A stretch of DNA of 64,000 nt, taken from the NCBI RefSeq assembly GCF_025787225.1, contig NZ_CP090958.1, positions 1,968,550-2,032,549 on the forward strand. The letters run 5' to 3'. The translations under genes and the position numbers were made by a program. Positions 30,200 to 39,963 of the stretch are shown here, one piece after another. The notes under the pieces are model-generated. The model did not search any database and was not told the DNA's origin. It saw nothing but the letters and a program-made list of their open reading frames with translations. Position 1 is the first letter of the stretch, and every line of letters starts with the position of its first letter. Source of the DNA: Saxibacter everestensis (GTDB lineage Bacteria > Actinomycetota > Actinomycetes > Actinomycetales > Brevibacteriaceae).

Positions 30200-30429
30200 G
30201 GTGGACTCACTCTCTAATCTCGGACACGTCCGCCCTATCGATGCAAGGGCGTCAGTGATGCTTGGAACAAACGTCTAACAGTGGCGGCTACGAACGCAGC
30301 GCTTATCGCGCCTACTCTTCGAGCTGCCAAGCTACGCGCACAACATAGGTGCGCACCGACGTCCAAGTCTACGGATACCACTCCGCTCAGGTCAAACCGA
30401 ACCTCCGGCGTTACTGGCCACGAGATCGG

Positions 30430-30738
30430 CTACTCGCTCGGAGTGCATTCCCTGCCGATCTGTTCGTGATGATGGATGACCTCGGCCACGATGAAGTTGA
30501 GAAATTTCTCGGCCAACGCGGGGTCGAGGTGTGACTCTTCCGCGAGCTGGCGAAGCCGGGCAACCTGCTCAGATTCGCGCTGCGGATCCGCCGGTGGCAG
30601 GTCATTTTGTGCCTTCAGCCGGCCGACGGCCTGGGTGAACTTGAAACGCTCGGCCAGCATGTGCACTATCGCGGCGTCAATATTATCGATACTTGCACGC
30701 AGGCGAAGCAGTTCATCAATCGCAGGATTCTCAGACAC
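30430..30738 (-). CDS. chorismate mutase (AroQ class, monofunctional)
   Basis: ELLRLRASIDNIDAAIVHMLAERFKFTQAVGRLK. Start placed at the GTG at 30738 to avoid a 35-nt overlap with the upstream GNAT gene. Confidence 0.6.
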   Translation of the reverse strand: MSENPAIDELLRLRASIDNIDAAIVHMLAERFKFTQAVGRLKAQNDLPPADPQRESEQVARLRQLAEESHLDPALAEKFLNFIVAEVIHHHEQIGRECTPSE

Positions 30739-30772
30739 GCTGATAAGCGTACCCAAAAGGCCATCCGCGGGT

Positions 30773-31354
30773 TTAACGGCTCTGCCATTCCTCACGCAGT
30801 ACGCCAAAGACGACAGAGTCGAAATGCAGGCCGTTCACCACCCGAGCCTTGCGGAACCGGGCCTCTTCGACGAAACCAAGCCGGCGGCCAACGCCGAGCA
30901 TTCCGTGATTACCGGACCAGGTGGAGAAATCGAGCCGAACGATATCGCTACGCCGGAAGAGGTAGCTCGTCCACAGTTCCAGCGCATCGCTGCCCATTCC
31001 TTGCCCACGCAGGGCTGGATCGAAGATGCTGATTCCCATCCGGCGCCAGTTAGTCTCCTCCGATTCCCAGTGCCAGCTCACCGTGCCCACCAGCCGGTCC
31101 GGCTGCCCGGCCGGAGTTATCACAGCCCGGGAGAGACAGCCGTCGTGTTCGAATTGTTCGCCAGATCCAAGGCGCTGCCGGAGCTTCCGCCGGTAACGTT
31201 CGACCTCCTCGGCGCTGTCCTTCCGGAAATATGGGCCGTCCCAGCTATGCCACTCCTGATGCGGCAACAGCCAGTCGCAGTACGTGTCAACGTCGGAAAC
31301 GTCGAATTCTCGCAGACTGACGCTGCGTCCTTGGGCGATAGTCATCATCGCCAT
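30773..31354 (-). CDS. GNAT family N-acetyltransferase (RimJ/RimL-like)
   Basis: WHWESEETNWRRMGISIFDPALRGQGMGSDAL. Start placed at the ATG MAMMTIAQ; the ORF extends to 31444. Confidence 0.65.
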   Translation of the reverse strand: MAMMTIAQGRSVSLREFDVSDVDTYCDWLLPHQEWHSWDGPYFRKDSAEEVERYRRKLRQRLGSGEQFEHDGCLSRAVITPAGQPDRLVGTVSWHWESEETNWRRMGISIFDPALRGQGMGSDALELWTSYLFRRSDIVRLDFSTWSGNHGMLGVGRRLGFVEEARFRKARVVNGLHFDSVVFGVLREEWQSR

Positions 31355-31456
31355 CCAGCTTACGTCCAGCGGCAACAGAGGAACCGGAACGTGGATGTGC
31401 CGAAGCTGACACACGAGTCGAACAGTCGCTACATCGTGGCTCAATAGACTTAGTCC

Positions 31457-32545
31457 ATGTCAAACCCCAATTATCCTGGCCTGCCCCCGAACGCCCAGCC
31501 TTACGAACCGCAGTATCCGAACCATGCCCAGCAGTACCCGAACCCCGGCCCGCCGCAGATGGGGCCATCCGGTCAGCCGGGTATAGCTGGACCAGACCGA
31601 CCCGGCGCCACTCCCCCGTCGCCGACCGGTATCGAGCCGGCATTCAAGCCGAAGACGGAACTGCGCGAGCATCTGGTGTCCGGCGGCAGCGGCATCTTGA
31701 TGCTGATACTCGCCCTCGGCCTGCTGCTGGGTGGCGTCCTCATGTTCTTCGTGGGCGTGGGCCTGGCCGCCATTGGCACGGGCGCCGGCGGCCTGGTGAT
31801 ATTCCTGTCGATAATCGCAATCATCGTGTCCTTGTTCACCTTCAAGGGCCTGGTGTCCGTTTCACCCGGCGATGCCAGGGTGCTGCAACTCTTTGGCCGG
31901 TACACCGGCACGATTCGCAATCCGGGCCTGCGCTGGGCGAATCCGTTCAAGTCGAAGCGGCGGATCTCGACCAGGATTCGAAACCACGAGACGTCCACCC
32001 TGAAGGTCAACGACCTGGACGGTAACCCGATCGAGATCGCAGCTGTCGTCGTGTGGCGGGTCACCGATACCGCGATGGCCCTTTTCGAGGTCGATGACTT
32101 CGAAGCGTTCGTTGCGATTCAGGCTGAAACAGCGGTGCGGCACATCGCCAACACCTACCCGTACGACACCGACGCGGAATCCATGTCTTTGCGTGACAAC
32201 GCCGAAGAGATCACCGGAAAGCTGTCCACCGAGATCGGTGTCCGGGTTGCTTCCGCCGGCGTGGAAATCCTCGAGTCACGGATCACGCACCTCGCCTACG
32301 CTCCCGAAATAGCCCAGGCGATGCTGCAGCGCCAGCAGGCGACGGCGGTCGTCGCCGCCCGCAGGTACATAGTTGAAGGCGCCGTGGGCATGGTGGAACT
32401 CGCCCTGGACCGGCTCGGCGAACGCGAGGTGGTTGAGCTCGATCGAGACAGCAAGGCTGCAATGGTCTCGAACCTGATGGTGGTGCTCTGCGGCGATCGC
32501 GGAACCCAGCCAGTCGTCAACGCAGGCAGCGCCGCGAGCAGGTAG
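31457..32545 (+). CDS. SPFH/band-7 (stomatin/prohibitin-like) membrane protein with Pro/Gln-rich N-terminus
   Basis: TM segment, then a band-7 core (...[20 protein letters not shown]...). Confidence 0.8.
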   Translation: MSNPNYPGLPPNAQPYEPQYPNHAQQYPNPGPPQMGPSGQPGIAGPDRPGATPPSPTGIEPAFKPKTELREHLVSGGSGILMLILALGLLLGGVLMFFVGVGLAAIGTGAGGLVIFLSIIAIIVSLFTFKGLVSVSPGDARVLQLFGRYTGTIRNPGLRWANPFKSKRRISTRIRNHETSTLKVNDLDGNPIEIAAVVVWRVTDTAMALFEVDDFEAFVAIQAETAVRHIANTYPYDTDAESMSLRDNAEEITGKLSTEIGVRVASAGVEILESRITHLAYAPEIAQAMLQRQQATAVVAARRYIVEGAVGMVELALDRLGEREVVELDRDSKAAMVSNLMVVLCGDRGTQPVVNAGSAASR

Positions 32546-32658
32546 CCAGCAGGCAGCGTTTCGCGAGCAGGCAGCGTTTCGCGCCAGCCCCTGTAAACGG
32601 CACGAGAGAGGCACACCGGTTTGCCGGTGTGCCTCTCTCGTTGTCAGAAGCTTGCGAA

Positions 32659-35600
32659 CTACTTCTTGGCCGCGTCCATGCCAAGCAGCAGCGGCGGGGC
32701 CGCCGGGCTTGCAGGCTCCTCGGTCTTCGGCTCCGCTGGCTCGGCAACCGGCTTAGCCGGCCTGCGCCGAGGCGCTGCCGCCTTCTGCTGCACGATCGGC
32801 TTCGCACCTACGCCGAACATCAGTGGTGCGGGACCCGAAGGAGCTGCAGGCTCGGGAGGCGCGGCCGGTGCCGGAGCCTCTATAGCCTCGACTGCCGGAG
32901 CCTCTGTAGCCTCGGCTGCCGGAGCCTCTGCCCCTGCCGGAGCTTCTGCCGGAGCCCCCTGTGCCGCAGCCTCGGTCGCTGCCGGCTCGGGCTCGTCCGC
33001 CCCGACAGCCTCCTCGGTCACCGAAACGTCATCAGTTTGCGCGTTCCGTCCACGGCCACGCCGGGAACGGGACCGACGTCCCTTGGGCGCTTCGTCCTGC
33101 TCGGACGAGGCGGTCTGCTCGGACGAGGCAGCCTGATCGGCGGGCTTGCCTGCCGATCCCTCGGACGCCGGCTCCTGCGGTTCGATGGCGGAATCGTGCG
33201 CCTCATCCTCATGGGCCTTCAGCGTTGCCTTGGCGATCGCTGCGAGAGCTTCCCGGCTTGCTGCCGCGGCTGCCTCCTCGGCACGCTCCTGCTCCTCGCG
33301 CTTTGCGATCTCGGCCGCGTTGTCCTGGTCCTCGCTCTTCTGATTGCGTCGCTTGGAGCCCTGGTTGTCCTTGGAACCGCCCGAGTGCGAGCCGCCGGAC
33401 TTTCCTCCGCGGGAAGCACGATTGTCGGGTTCGGTGCCGGGAAGTACCAGGCCCTTGCCACTGATGTCCTGCCCGGCGCTGGCCAGGGACTCCGCGAGGC
33501 CGGTGCCGATCCGCTTACGCGTCATCTGCACCAGACCAAGAGATGTCACCTCAGCAACCTGATGCTTGGTCCGGTCTCGACCGAGGCACTCGACCAGCCG
33601 TCGCATCACCAGGTCACGATTTGCCTCGAGCACCATGTCGATGAAGTCAACGACGATGATGCCGCCGATATCGCGCAACCTGAGCTGGCGAATGACCTCC
33701 TCGGCAGCCTCGAGGTTGTTCTTGGTGACAGTCTCTTCGAGGTTGCCGCCCGACCCGGTGAACTTGCCGGTGTTGACATCGACCACCGTCATCGCTTCGG
33801 TACGGTCGATGACCAGTGAACCGCCGGACGGCAGGTTCACCTTGCGCTCGAGTGCCTTGGCGATCTGCTCGTCGATCCGGAAGTGTTCGAAGATGTCTTG
33901 GTTTTTGTCCCAGTACTCCAGCCGATCGAGCAGGTCCGGTGCGACGGCCTCCACGTATTCGTGGATCGTCTGCCAGACATCCTCACCCTCGATGGTCAGG
34001 CTCTTGAAATCTTCGTTGAAAACGTCCCGGATGATCCGTACGGTCAGATCGGGCTCGCTGTACAGCAGTTCCGGAGCCAGAGTCTTGGTTGACTTCGACT
34101 TCTTCTCGATCTTCTCCCAGCGCTTCGAAAGGCGCTCGACGTCCCTGGTCAGATCGGCCTCGGAGGCGCCTTCTGCGGCAGTACGCACGATGACGCCGGC
34201 GTCTTCGGGCAGAACCTCACGCAGGATCTTCTTGAGCCTTGATCGCTCGGTATCCGGAAGCTTTCGCGAAATACCGGTCATCGAGTTGCCCGGAACGAAG
34301 ACCAGGAAGCGGCCAGGAAGCGAGATCTGGCTGGTCAGCCGTGCACCCTTGTGACCAACCGGGTCCTTGGTGACCTGCACGAGCACCGGATCACCGGGGT
34401 TGAGCGCCAGTTCGATTCGCCGGGGCTGGCCCTGCATGCCCAGGGCGTCCCAGTTGACTTCGCCGGCGTACAGCACCGCGTTGCGGCCGCGGCCGATGTC
34501 GACGAAGGCTGCTTCCATGCTTGGCAGCACGTTCTGCACCTTGCCGAGGTAGACATTGCCGATCAGCGAGGCCTGCTGCTTCTTTTCGGACAGGTAATGC
34601 TCGACGGCGATCCTGTCTTCGACAACCACCATCTGGATGCGGTCACCATGCTGGCGAACAACCAGCTGGCGATCCACGGATTCCCTGCGGGCCAGGAACT
34701 CTGCTTCGGTGATGACGGGACGGCGACGACCGGCCTCGCGGCCCTCACGACGACGCTGACGCTTGGCTTCCAGGCGGGTGGAACCCTTGACGCCGGAAAC
34801 CTCGTCTTCGCGGCGGGATTCGCGCACCTTGACGACTGTGTTCGGCGATTCATCTTCGACGTCCGGATCGCCGGCACGACGACGGCGGCGACGGCGACGG
34901 CGGGAACCGGACGAATCGTCACCTTCGTCGTCATTACCGTCGGCAGCGGACTTCTTCGACTTGCGGTCACGCGAGTCATCGGCAGGCTCGTCGTCATCGT
35001 CGGAATCGGCCGCGGATTCGCCCGCGCCGGAATCAGCGGAGGAAGAGTCCTCGGCGTTGTCGTCGCTGTCGCGCGAGCGGCCCCTACGGCCCCGCCCGCC
35101 CCTGCGGCGACGCGGACGGCGGTCTTCACCGTCGTCGTCCGAGTCTGCATCTGAATCGGTGTCTGCGTCTGAATCGGTATCGGATTCGTCGGACGTGTCA
35201 CGATCATTGGCGGTATCACGCTCGTCTGCCGAGTCACGCCGATTAGGGCGGCTGGCGGCTGCGTCGGTTTCCTCGTCGGGCGATTCGTCCCGCTCATCCG
35301 TATCTTCGACGCTGGACGGACGGCGACGGCTGGTCGGACGCTCGGCACGCTCCGGCTCCGGTGCCTGAAATAGCAAACCGGCCACCGGCACGCCGGTCGC
35401 AAGCCTGATCGGCTCATCGGCCTGGGCGTCTGAGGTCGGTGCGCTGAATGTCTGCGGAACCGAGAAAGGGTTAAAGGCGGTGGGCTGGAACGTCGGCTGC
35501 GGCGGAACGGCCGGCTCACCGGCCGGCTTTCCGCCGGCAGAACCTGCTTCGACCGCATCTTCGGTCGCAGCCGAGGCAGCAGGATCGCTGTTCGTCTGGT

Positions 35601-36282
35601 GCTGATCAACCGATGCAGGCTCAATCGAGGCCGATACTGGCTCAACCGATGCAGGCTCAACCGGTGCCGATTCAGGTACCGATTCAACCGGTGCCGGCTC
35701 AGAGGTCGAGCGGATGGTCTGCTCCAGCGCCTCGCCGCGGTTGGACACTGCGGATGTGGCGGGCTTGCGCTCAATCTTTCTGCGTCCACCGCGAGTCCTG
35801 GTAACCGGAGGCTCATCGCCAGTTACCTGGCCGATATCGGCGTCTGTGGAGTTACTTCCGGTGTCGGCCTGGCTACTGCCGGCGTCGACCGAGCTGCCGG
35901 CCTCGACCGAGCTGCTGTCGGCTACGGGGGCGGATTCCTGCCGGAGTCCTCGCTGCTGGGCAAGTAGGTCCAGATCGGCAAGAATCTGTTCGGCGCCGGA
36001 CCGATTTGCCTCGTCATTCGCCGGTGTGCGCTTTCGAGGCGACCGGGCTGAGCGTGTTTCGGTGGCGGCCTGTGTACCGGGCTCTGCTGACTGGTCTGCA
36101 CTGCCCGGTTCGCCGGAATCCAGCGGTAGCTGAACTTCCTCGGCGGATCGGCGCGGCGCCCGCTTCCGGACCGGCTTCTTCACGGCCGGCGCCGCAGTCT
36201 CATCGGCGCTGAGGTTGTTCTCGGAATCATCCTGCTGCTGAGTGGGCGACAATTCATTGTCACCACGTGGCTCATCATGCAT
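32659..36282 (-). CDS. rne: ribonuclease E
   Basis: 1207 aa. S1/catalytic core (LIGNVYLGKVQNVLPSMEAAFVDIGRGRNAVLYAGEV...) flanked by Arg/Asp/Glu/Pro-rich disordered regions. Confidence 0.9.
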   Translation of the reverse strand: MHDEPRGDNELSPTQQQDDSENNLSADETAAPAVKKPVRKRAPRRSAEEVQLPLDSGEPGSADQSAEPGTQAATETRSARSPRKRTPANDEANRSGAEQILADLDLLAQQRGLRQESAPVADSSSVEAGSSVDAGSSQADTGSNSTDADIGQVTGDEPPVTRTRGGRRKIERKPATSAVSNRGEALEQTIRSTSEPAPVESVPESAPVEPASVEPVSASIEPASVDQHQTNSDPAASAATEDAVEAGSAGGKPAGEPAVPPQPTFQPTAFNPFSVPQTFSAPTSDAQADEPIRLATGVPVAGLLFQAPEPERAERPTSRRRPSSVEDTDERDESPDEETDAAASRPNRRDSADERDTANDRDTSDESDTDSDADTDSDADSDDDGEDRRPRRRRGGRGRRGRSRDSDDNAEDSSSADSGAGESAADSDDDDEPADDSRDRKSKKSAADGNDDEGDDSSGSRRRRRRRRRAGDPDVEDESPNTVVKVRESRREDEVSGVKGSTRLEAKRQRRREGREAGRRRPVITEAEFLARRESVDRQLVVRQHGDRIQMVVVEDRIAVEHYLSEKKQQASLIGNVYLGKVQNVLPSMEAAFVDIGRGRNAVLYAGEVNWDALGMQGQPRRIELALNPGDPVLVQVTKDPVGHKGARLTSQISLPGRFLVFVPGNSMTGISRKLPDTERSRLKKILREVLPEDAGVIVRTAAEGASEADLTRDVERLSKRWEKIEKKSKSTKTLAPELLYSEPDLTVRIIRDVFNEDFKSLTIEGEDVWQTIHEYVEAVAPDLLDRLEYWDKNQDIFEHFRIDEQIAKALERKVNLPSGGSLVIDRTEAMTVVDVNTGKFTGSGGNLEETVTKNNLEAAEEVIRQLRLRDIGGIIVVDFIDMVLEANRDLVMRRLVECLGRDRTKHQVAEVTSLGLVQMTRKRIGTGLAESLASAGQDISGKGLVLPGTEPDNRASRGGKSGGSHSGGSKDNQGSKRRNQKSEDQDNAAEIAKREEQERAEEAAAAASREALAAIAKATLKAHEDEAHDSAIEPQEPASEGSAGKPADQAASSEQTASSEQDEAPKGRRSRSRRGRGRNAQTDDVSVTEEAVGADEPEPAATEAAAQGAPAEAPAGAEAPAAEATEAPAVEAIEAPAPAAPPEPAAPSGPAPLMFGVGAKPIVQQKAAAPRRRPAKPVAEPAEPKTEEPASPAAPPLLLGMDAAKK

Positions 36283-36667
36283 ATTCGGGTACGCTCCCGT
36301 CGCTCAGGCAATCGCTGACCACACTCCGTTCAGCGACCCTGAGCCCAGTAGATGTTGCCGCCCGCAGGAGGCAACCGAAGTCAGTTGATTGCATCTGCCG
36401 CTCGCGCTAGCTTCTCTCCAGCGCGGTGGCGGTCAATATGCCGATGCGCGCCCAGGTTTCTTCTCAAAGACCCGTAGCTGCGACATCGGACTGTATGACG
36501 GGTGTGGTGTGCCATACAGCCAAGTTCAGTATGGCACAGCGGAGGGATTATCACGGCACTCACTACGCCTTGCCAGTCGTTTGGCATCGATCGCCAGCGT
36601 CATTGCCTGCGTCGATAGGGCATCCTTGATAGCGAGGGATAAGCCAACTTTCATAGGAGATTACTCA
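36283..36667 (-). promoter_or_regulatory. long rne 5' leader/promoter region, also divergent promoter for the VKOR gene
   Basis: 385-bp gap upstream of rne. RNase E genes typically carry long autoregulated 5' UTRs. Confidence 0.4.
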
Positions 36668-37363
36668 GTGGGTCAACCGCACACCGACTCAGCATCCACC
36701 GCGGATGCCGCGACAGATTCCGTTGACCTGCCGCCTGAGACCAAACATCAGGACACTCTCCTGGGCGGTGCCAGAACGCTCAAACCGCGCAATCTCGGCA
36801 TCCTGCTGCTCGTCACCGGGACAATTGGCTGGTTATCGGCCTTCGCACTGACCCTGGACAAGCTAAAGCTGCTCGAGGATCCGGATGCGAAGCTCGGCTG
36901 CGATTTCAACCCGTTCTTCTCCTGCGGCAGCGTTATGACCTACCCGCAGTCGGCAGTGTTCGGCTTCCCCAACCCGCTGATCGGCGTCGCGGCGTTCGTT
37001 GTGCCGATCGTCATCGGCGTGGCGCTCATCGGAGGCGTGCGGTTACCGCGATGGATCTGGCTCGGACTGAATGCGGGAGTCTTCCTCGGCGCCGTCTTCA
37101 TCACCTGGCTGTTCGTACAGAGCATTTTCGTGATCGGCGTCGGCTGCCCGTGGTGCATCGTCGTCTGGGCTATGCAGATACCGATGTTCGTGATGCTGAC
37201 TCTGCACAACGTGGTGGCCGGCAACTTCGGCGCTGCCGTTCAGAAGAACTCGGCGCTGCGGACCCTGGCCGGATCGCCATGGTCCATCGTTGTGCTCTGG
37301 TACGCGATTATCGCGGCCAGCATCGTTGCCGCATTCTGGCCGTGGTTCTCCAGCCTGATCTAG
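36668..37363 (+). CDS. vitamin K epoxide reductase (VKOR) family protein
   Basis: CxxC in a TM helix (GVGCPWCIVVWAM) plus FSCGSV loop cysteines. GTG start at 36668 with an AGGAG RBS; the ORF track over-extends to 36389. Confidence 0.75.
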   Translation: MGQPHTDSASTADAATDSVDLPPETKHQDTLLGGARTLKPRNLGILLLVTGTIGWLSAFALTLDKLKLLEDPDAKLGCDFNPFFSCGSVMTYPQSAVFGFPNPLIGVAAFVVPIVIGVALIGGVRLPRWIWLGLNAGVFLGAVFITWLFVQSIFVIGVGCPWCIVVWAMQIPMFVMLTLHNVVAGNFGAAVQKNSALRTLAGSPWSIVVLWYAIIAASIVAAFWPWFSSLI

Positions 37364-37462
37364 TCAGCGGCGGAGGAATTAGACAGGTCATTCGTGGGTT
37401 TGTCGCCCAGTCGTGCGTTATAACTCACGACTGGGCGACAAACCCACGAACGACCCCAATTG

Positions 37463-37891
37463 CTAAAGGTTCGGGAACCAGATGGCGATCTCACGCTGGG
37501 CGGATTCCACTGAGTCTGAGCCGTGCACCAGGTTCTGCTGAACCTTCAGCCCCCAGTCCCGGCCCAGGTCGCCGCGAATCGTACCTGGGGCGGCGTCAGT
37601 CGGGTTGGTGGCGCCGGCGAGCGAACGGAAACCGGGAATGACGCCCTGGCCCTCGGCGACCACAGCAAGCACCGGACCGGAGAGCATGAAATCGACGAGC
37701 GGCTGATAGAACGGCTTTCCCTCGTGCTCGGCGTAATGCGCAGCCAGTTCTTCCTCGGCGGGAATCCTCAGTTCGGCGGCGATGGGCTGGTACCCCTTGG
37801 CCTCGATACGACGAAGGATTTCACCAATCAGCCGGCGCCGGACGGCATCGGGCTTGACCAGGATCAGGGTCCGTTCAACTGCGTCTGACAC
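37463..37891 (-). CDS. ndk: nucleoside diphosphate kinase
   Basis: [12 protein letters not shown]...[11 protein letters not shown] start at 37891 with an AAGGAA RBS. Confidence 0.9.
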   Translation of the reverse strand: MSDAVERTLILVKPDAVRRRLIGEILRRIEAKGYQPIAAELRIPAEEELAAHYAEHEGKPFYQPLVDFMLSGPVLAVVAEGQGVIPGFRSLAGATNPTDAAPGTIRGDLGRDWGLKVQQNLVHGSDSVESAQREIAIWFPNL

Positions 37892-38041
37892 GAGAGATTC
37901 CTTACTTGAGTTCTGCTTAAGTTCTGCGTTAACGACTTGGATGCCGCTGCCGGCCGACCGGATGGAACCCCAGGAGCAGAGCGGCGCGGGATTAACACTA
38001 GCGCCAGATGCCGCGTCGCCGCGAAACCGGCACCGCCCCAA

Positions 38042-38148
38042 CCCTGCCCTCATCCCGGGCGCCCAGTCAGACCACTAGGACGCTCTAGCGGCCAGCCCTG
38101 CCCTCATCCCGGGCGCCCAGTCAGATCGCTAGGACGCTCAAAGGCCAG
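38042..38148. repeat. 2 x ~54-bp tandem direct repeat (CCCTGCCCTCATCCCGGGCGCCCAGTCAGA...)
   Basis: About 90% identity with one indel. Copy 2 contains the DUF4233 stop codon. Lies in the DUF4233-ndk spacer. Confidence 0.6.
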
Positions 38149-38536
38149 CCCCGTCAGCCCCGACAGCCCCGTCAGCCCCGTCAGCGCGTGCCCGCTTCTC
38201 ACGGTCGATCCTGGCGCCCCAGTAGAGACCGAAGGCCCAGGTTGCCGTGAACAACGCGCCGACAAGGAACATCATCGGGATCAGAATCCCGGTGGCCAGG
38301 ATGGCCAGCTGCGCGAGCCAGCCAAGCCAATAACCCAGGCGATGCCGCAGCAACGAGGCGGCAAACAGGCACAGCAGGACGATGGCCCCACCACCGATCG
38401 CCAGCTGGGAAACCGGCGCGGCGCGCAGGCCGAAGGCGACAAGAACAGCGAAGAATACAACGCCGAGCTCGAAAACCAGGGTGGCCGACGCAAACATCCG
38501 CTTGGTCGAACGCGCCGCAGCAGGTTTATCCGCCAC
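38138..38536 (-). CDS. DUF4233 family membrane protein (Rv2446c-like)
   Basis: Conserved position between folC and ndk, 3-4 TM helices. The C-terminal ADGADGAVGADGAGL is encoded by CCCCGTCAGC-type short repeats. Confidence 0.7.
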   Translation of the reverse strand: MADKPAAARSTKRMFASATLVFELGVVFFAVLVAFGLRAAPVSQLAIGGGAIVLLCLFAASLLRHRLGYWLGWLAQLAILATGILIPMMFLVGALFTATWAFGLYWGARIDREKRARADGADGAVGADGAGL

Positions 38537-39963
38537 TAGCCTTCGCCATCCCGGCCAAGCAGTGATCTGGCGTCGGCGACAGTGGTGACCGACCCGGTGA
38601 CCACAACACCAGAGCCATGATCCATGCCGATATCTACCTCTTCGACCGCACGAACCAGGGCATCATCGAGCTTGGGCACGACAATGACCCTGTCCTCGCC
38701 GAAGATATCCGCGGCGAGTGCGCCGAGTTCCTCGGGATCGTACGATCTCGGTGAAGACGACTTGCTGACGATAATCAGTTCGAGCACGGGTTCAAGCGCT
38801 TCCAGCAGCGCCTCGGCATCCTTGTCGGCGAGCACGCCGATGACGCCGATAACCCGTGCGAACGAGAACGCCTCCTGCAGCGCCTCAGCCAGGGCAACGG
38901 CGCCTGCCGCGTTATGCGCGGCGTCCAGCAGAACAGTTGGCGAGGTCCTGACTATCTCCAACCGGCCAGGCGATGTCACGGCCGCGAAGCCCTGCTGCAC
39001 GACCTCTGGGTCCAGTTCCCGCTCGGCACCGGTCAGGAATACTTCGACCGCGGCAAGCGCAAGGGCGGCGTTGTCTGCCTGATGCGCGCCGTGCAAGGGA
39101 AGGAAAATGTCCTGATAGCTTCGAGAGACTCCCTGCAGGCTGATCTGCTGACCGCCTACCGCGACCTCTCTGCTGGTCAAACCGAAGTTCACCCCGGACT
39201 TCAGCCCGCGGGCGCCGACCTCCTCGATCCGGGCGGCGAATATGTCATCGGCCTCAGGCTCTTGGGCGGCGAGAACGACCCAGGGAGCCTCGCCGAGCAC
39301 CTCGGAGCTGGAAAAGTCCTTGATGATGCCAGCCTTTTCGGTAGCGATCTCGCCGATCGTGTCGCCGAGATACTGCTGGTGATCGAGGGAGACCGGGCTG
39401 ATCACGGCCACCTGTCCGTCTGCGACGTTGGTGGAATCCCACAACCCACCCATGCCGACTTCGAGCACGGCAACCTCGACGGGCGCGTCTGCGAAGGCCG
39501 CGAAGGCGAGCACAGTCAGCGCCTCGAAGTACGTGATCAGCGGTTCCCCGCGATCACCCAGTTCATTGTCGACGAGCAGAAGCAGCGGCTCGACTTCTTC
39601 GTAGGTACGAATGAAGTCACCGGCCGAGATCGGCTGGCCGTCTATGCTTATCCGCTCCGTCACCGAGGACAGGTGCGGGCTGGTGAAGCGACCGACCCGT
39701 AGTTCGTGCGCGGAAAGCAGAGCATCGATCATCCGCGATGTCGAGGTCTTGCCGTTCGTTCCGGTGACGTGGATCACCGGGTACGCGCGATGCGGATCGC
39801 CGAGCAGTTCGAGCACCCGGCGGACCGCGTCGAGGCGCGGCTCGACACGGTTTTCCGGCGCGCGCCTCAGCAGGGCCTCGTACACTCCAGCTACGGCCGC
39901 CTTGTTCCGGGCCGCCTCTTCGCGAACCAGGTACTTCGAGCCCGGGGGCTGGTAATCACTCAT
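38536..39963 (-). CDS. folC: bifunctional folylpolyglutamate synthase/dihydrofolate synthase
   Basis: [19 protein letters not shown] Mur-ligase P-loop. Confidence 0.9.
   Translation of the reverse strand: MSDYQPPGSKYLVREEAARNKAAVAGVYEALLRRAPENRVEPRLDAVRRVLELLGDPHRAYPVIHVTGTNGKTSTSRMIDALLSAHELRVGRFTSPHLSSVTERISIDGQPISAGDFIRTYEEVEPLLLLVDNELGDRGEPLITYFEALTVLAFAAFADAPVEVAVLEVGMGGLWDSTNVADGQVAVISPVSLDHQQYLGDTIGEIATEKAGIIKDFSSSEVLGEAPWVVLAAQEPEADDIFAARIEEVGARGLKSGVNFGLTSREVAVGGQQISLQGVSRSYQDIFLPLHGAHQADNAALALAAVEVFLTGAERELDPEVVQQGFAAVTSPGRLEIVRTSPTVLLDAAHNAAGAVALAEALQEAFSFARVIGVIGVLADKDAEALLEALEPVLELIIVSKSSSPRSYDPEELGALAADIFGEDRVIVVPKLDDALVRAVEEVDIGMDHGSGVVVTGSVTTVADARSLLGRDGEG

Noticed and set aside
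32629-36133. Multiple plus-strand ORFs (396, 267, 262, 201 aa) across rne
   Set aside because: Antisense to ribonuclease E. Their repetitive Arg/Ser/Gly composition mirrors the disordered RNase E tails.
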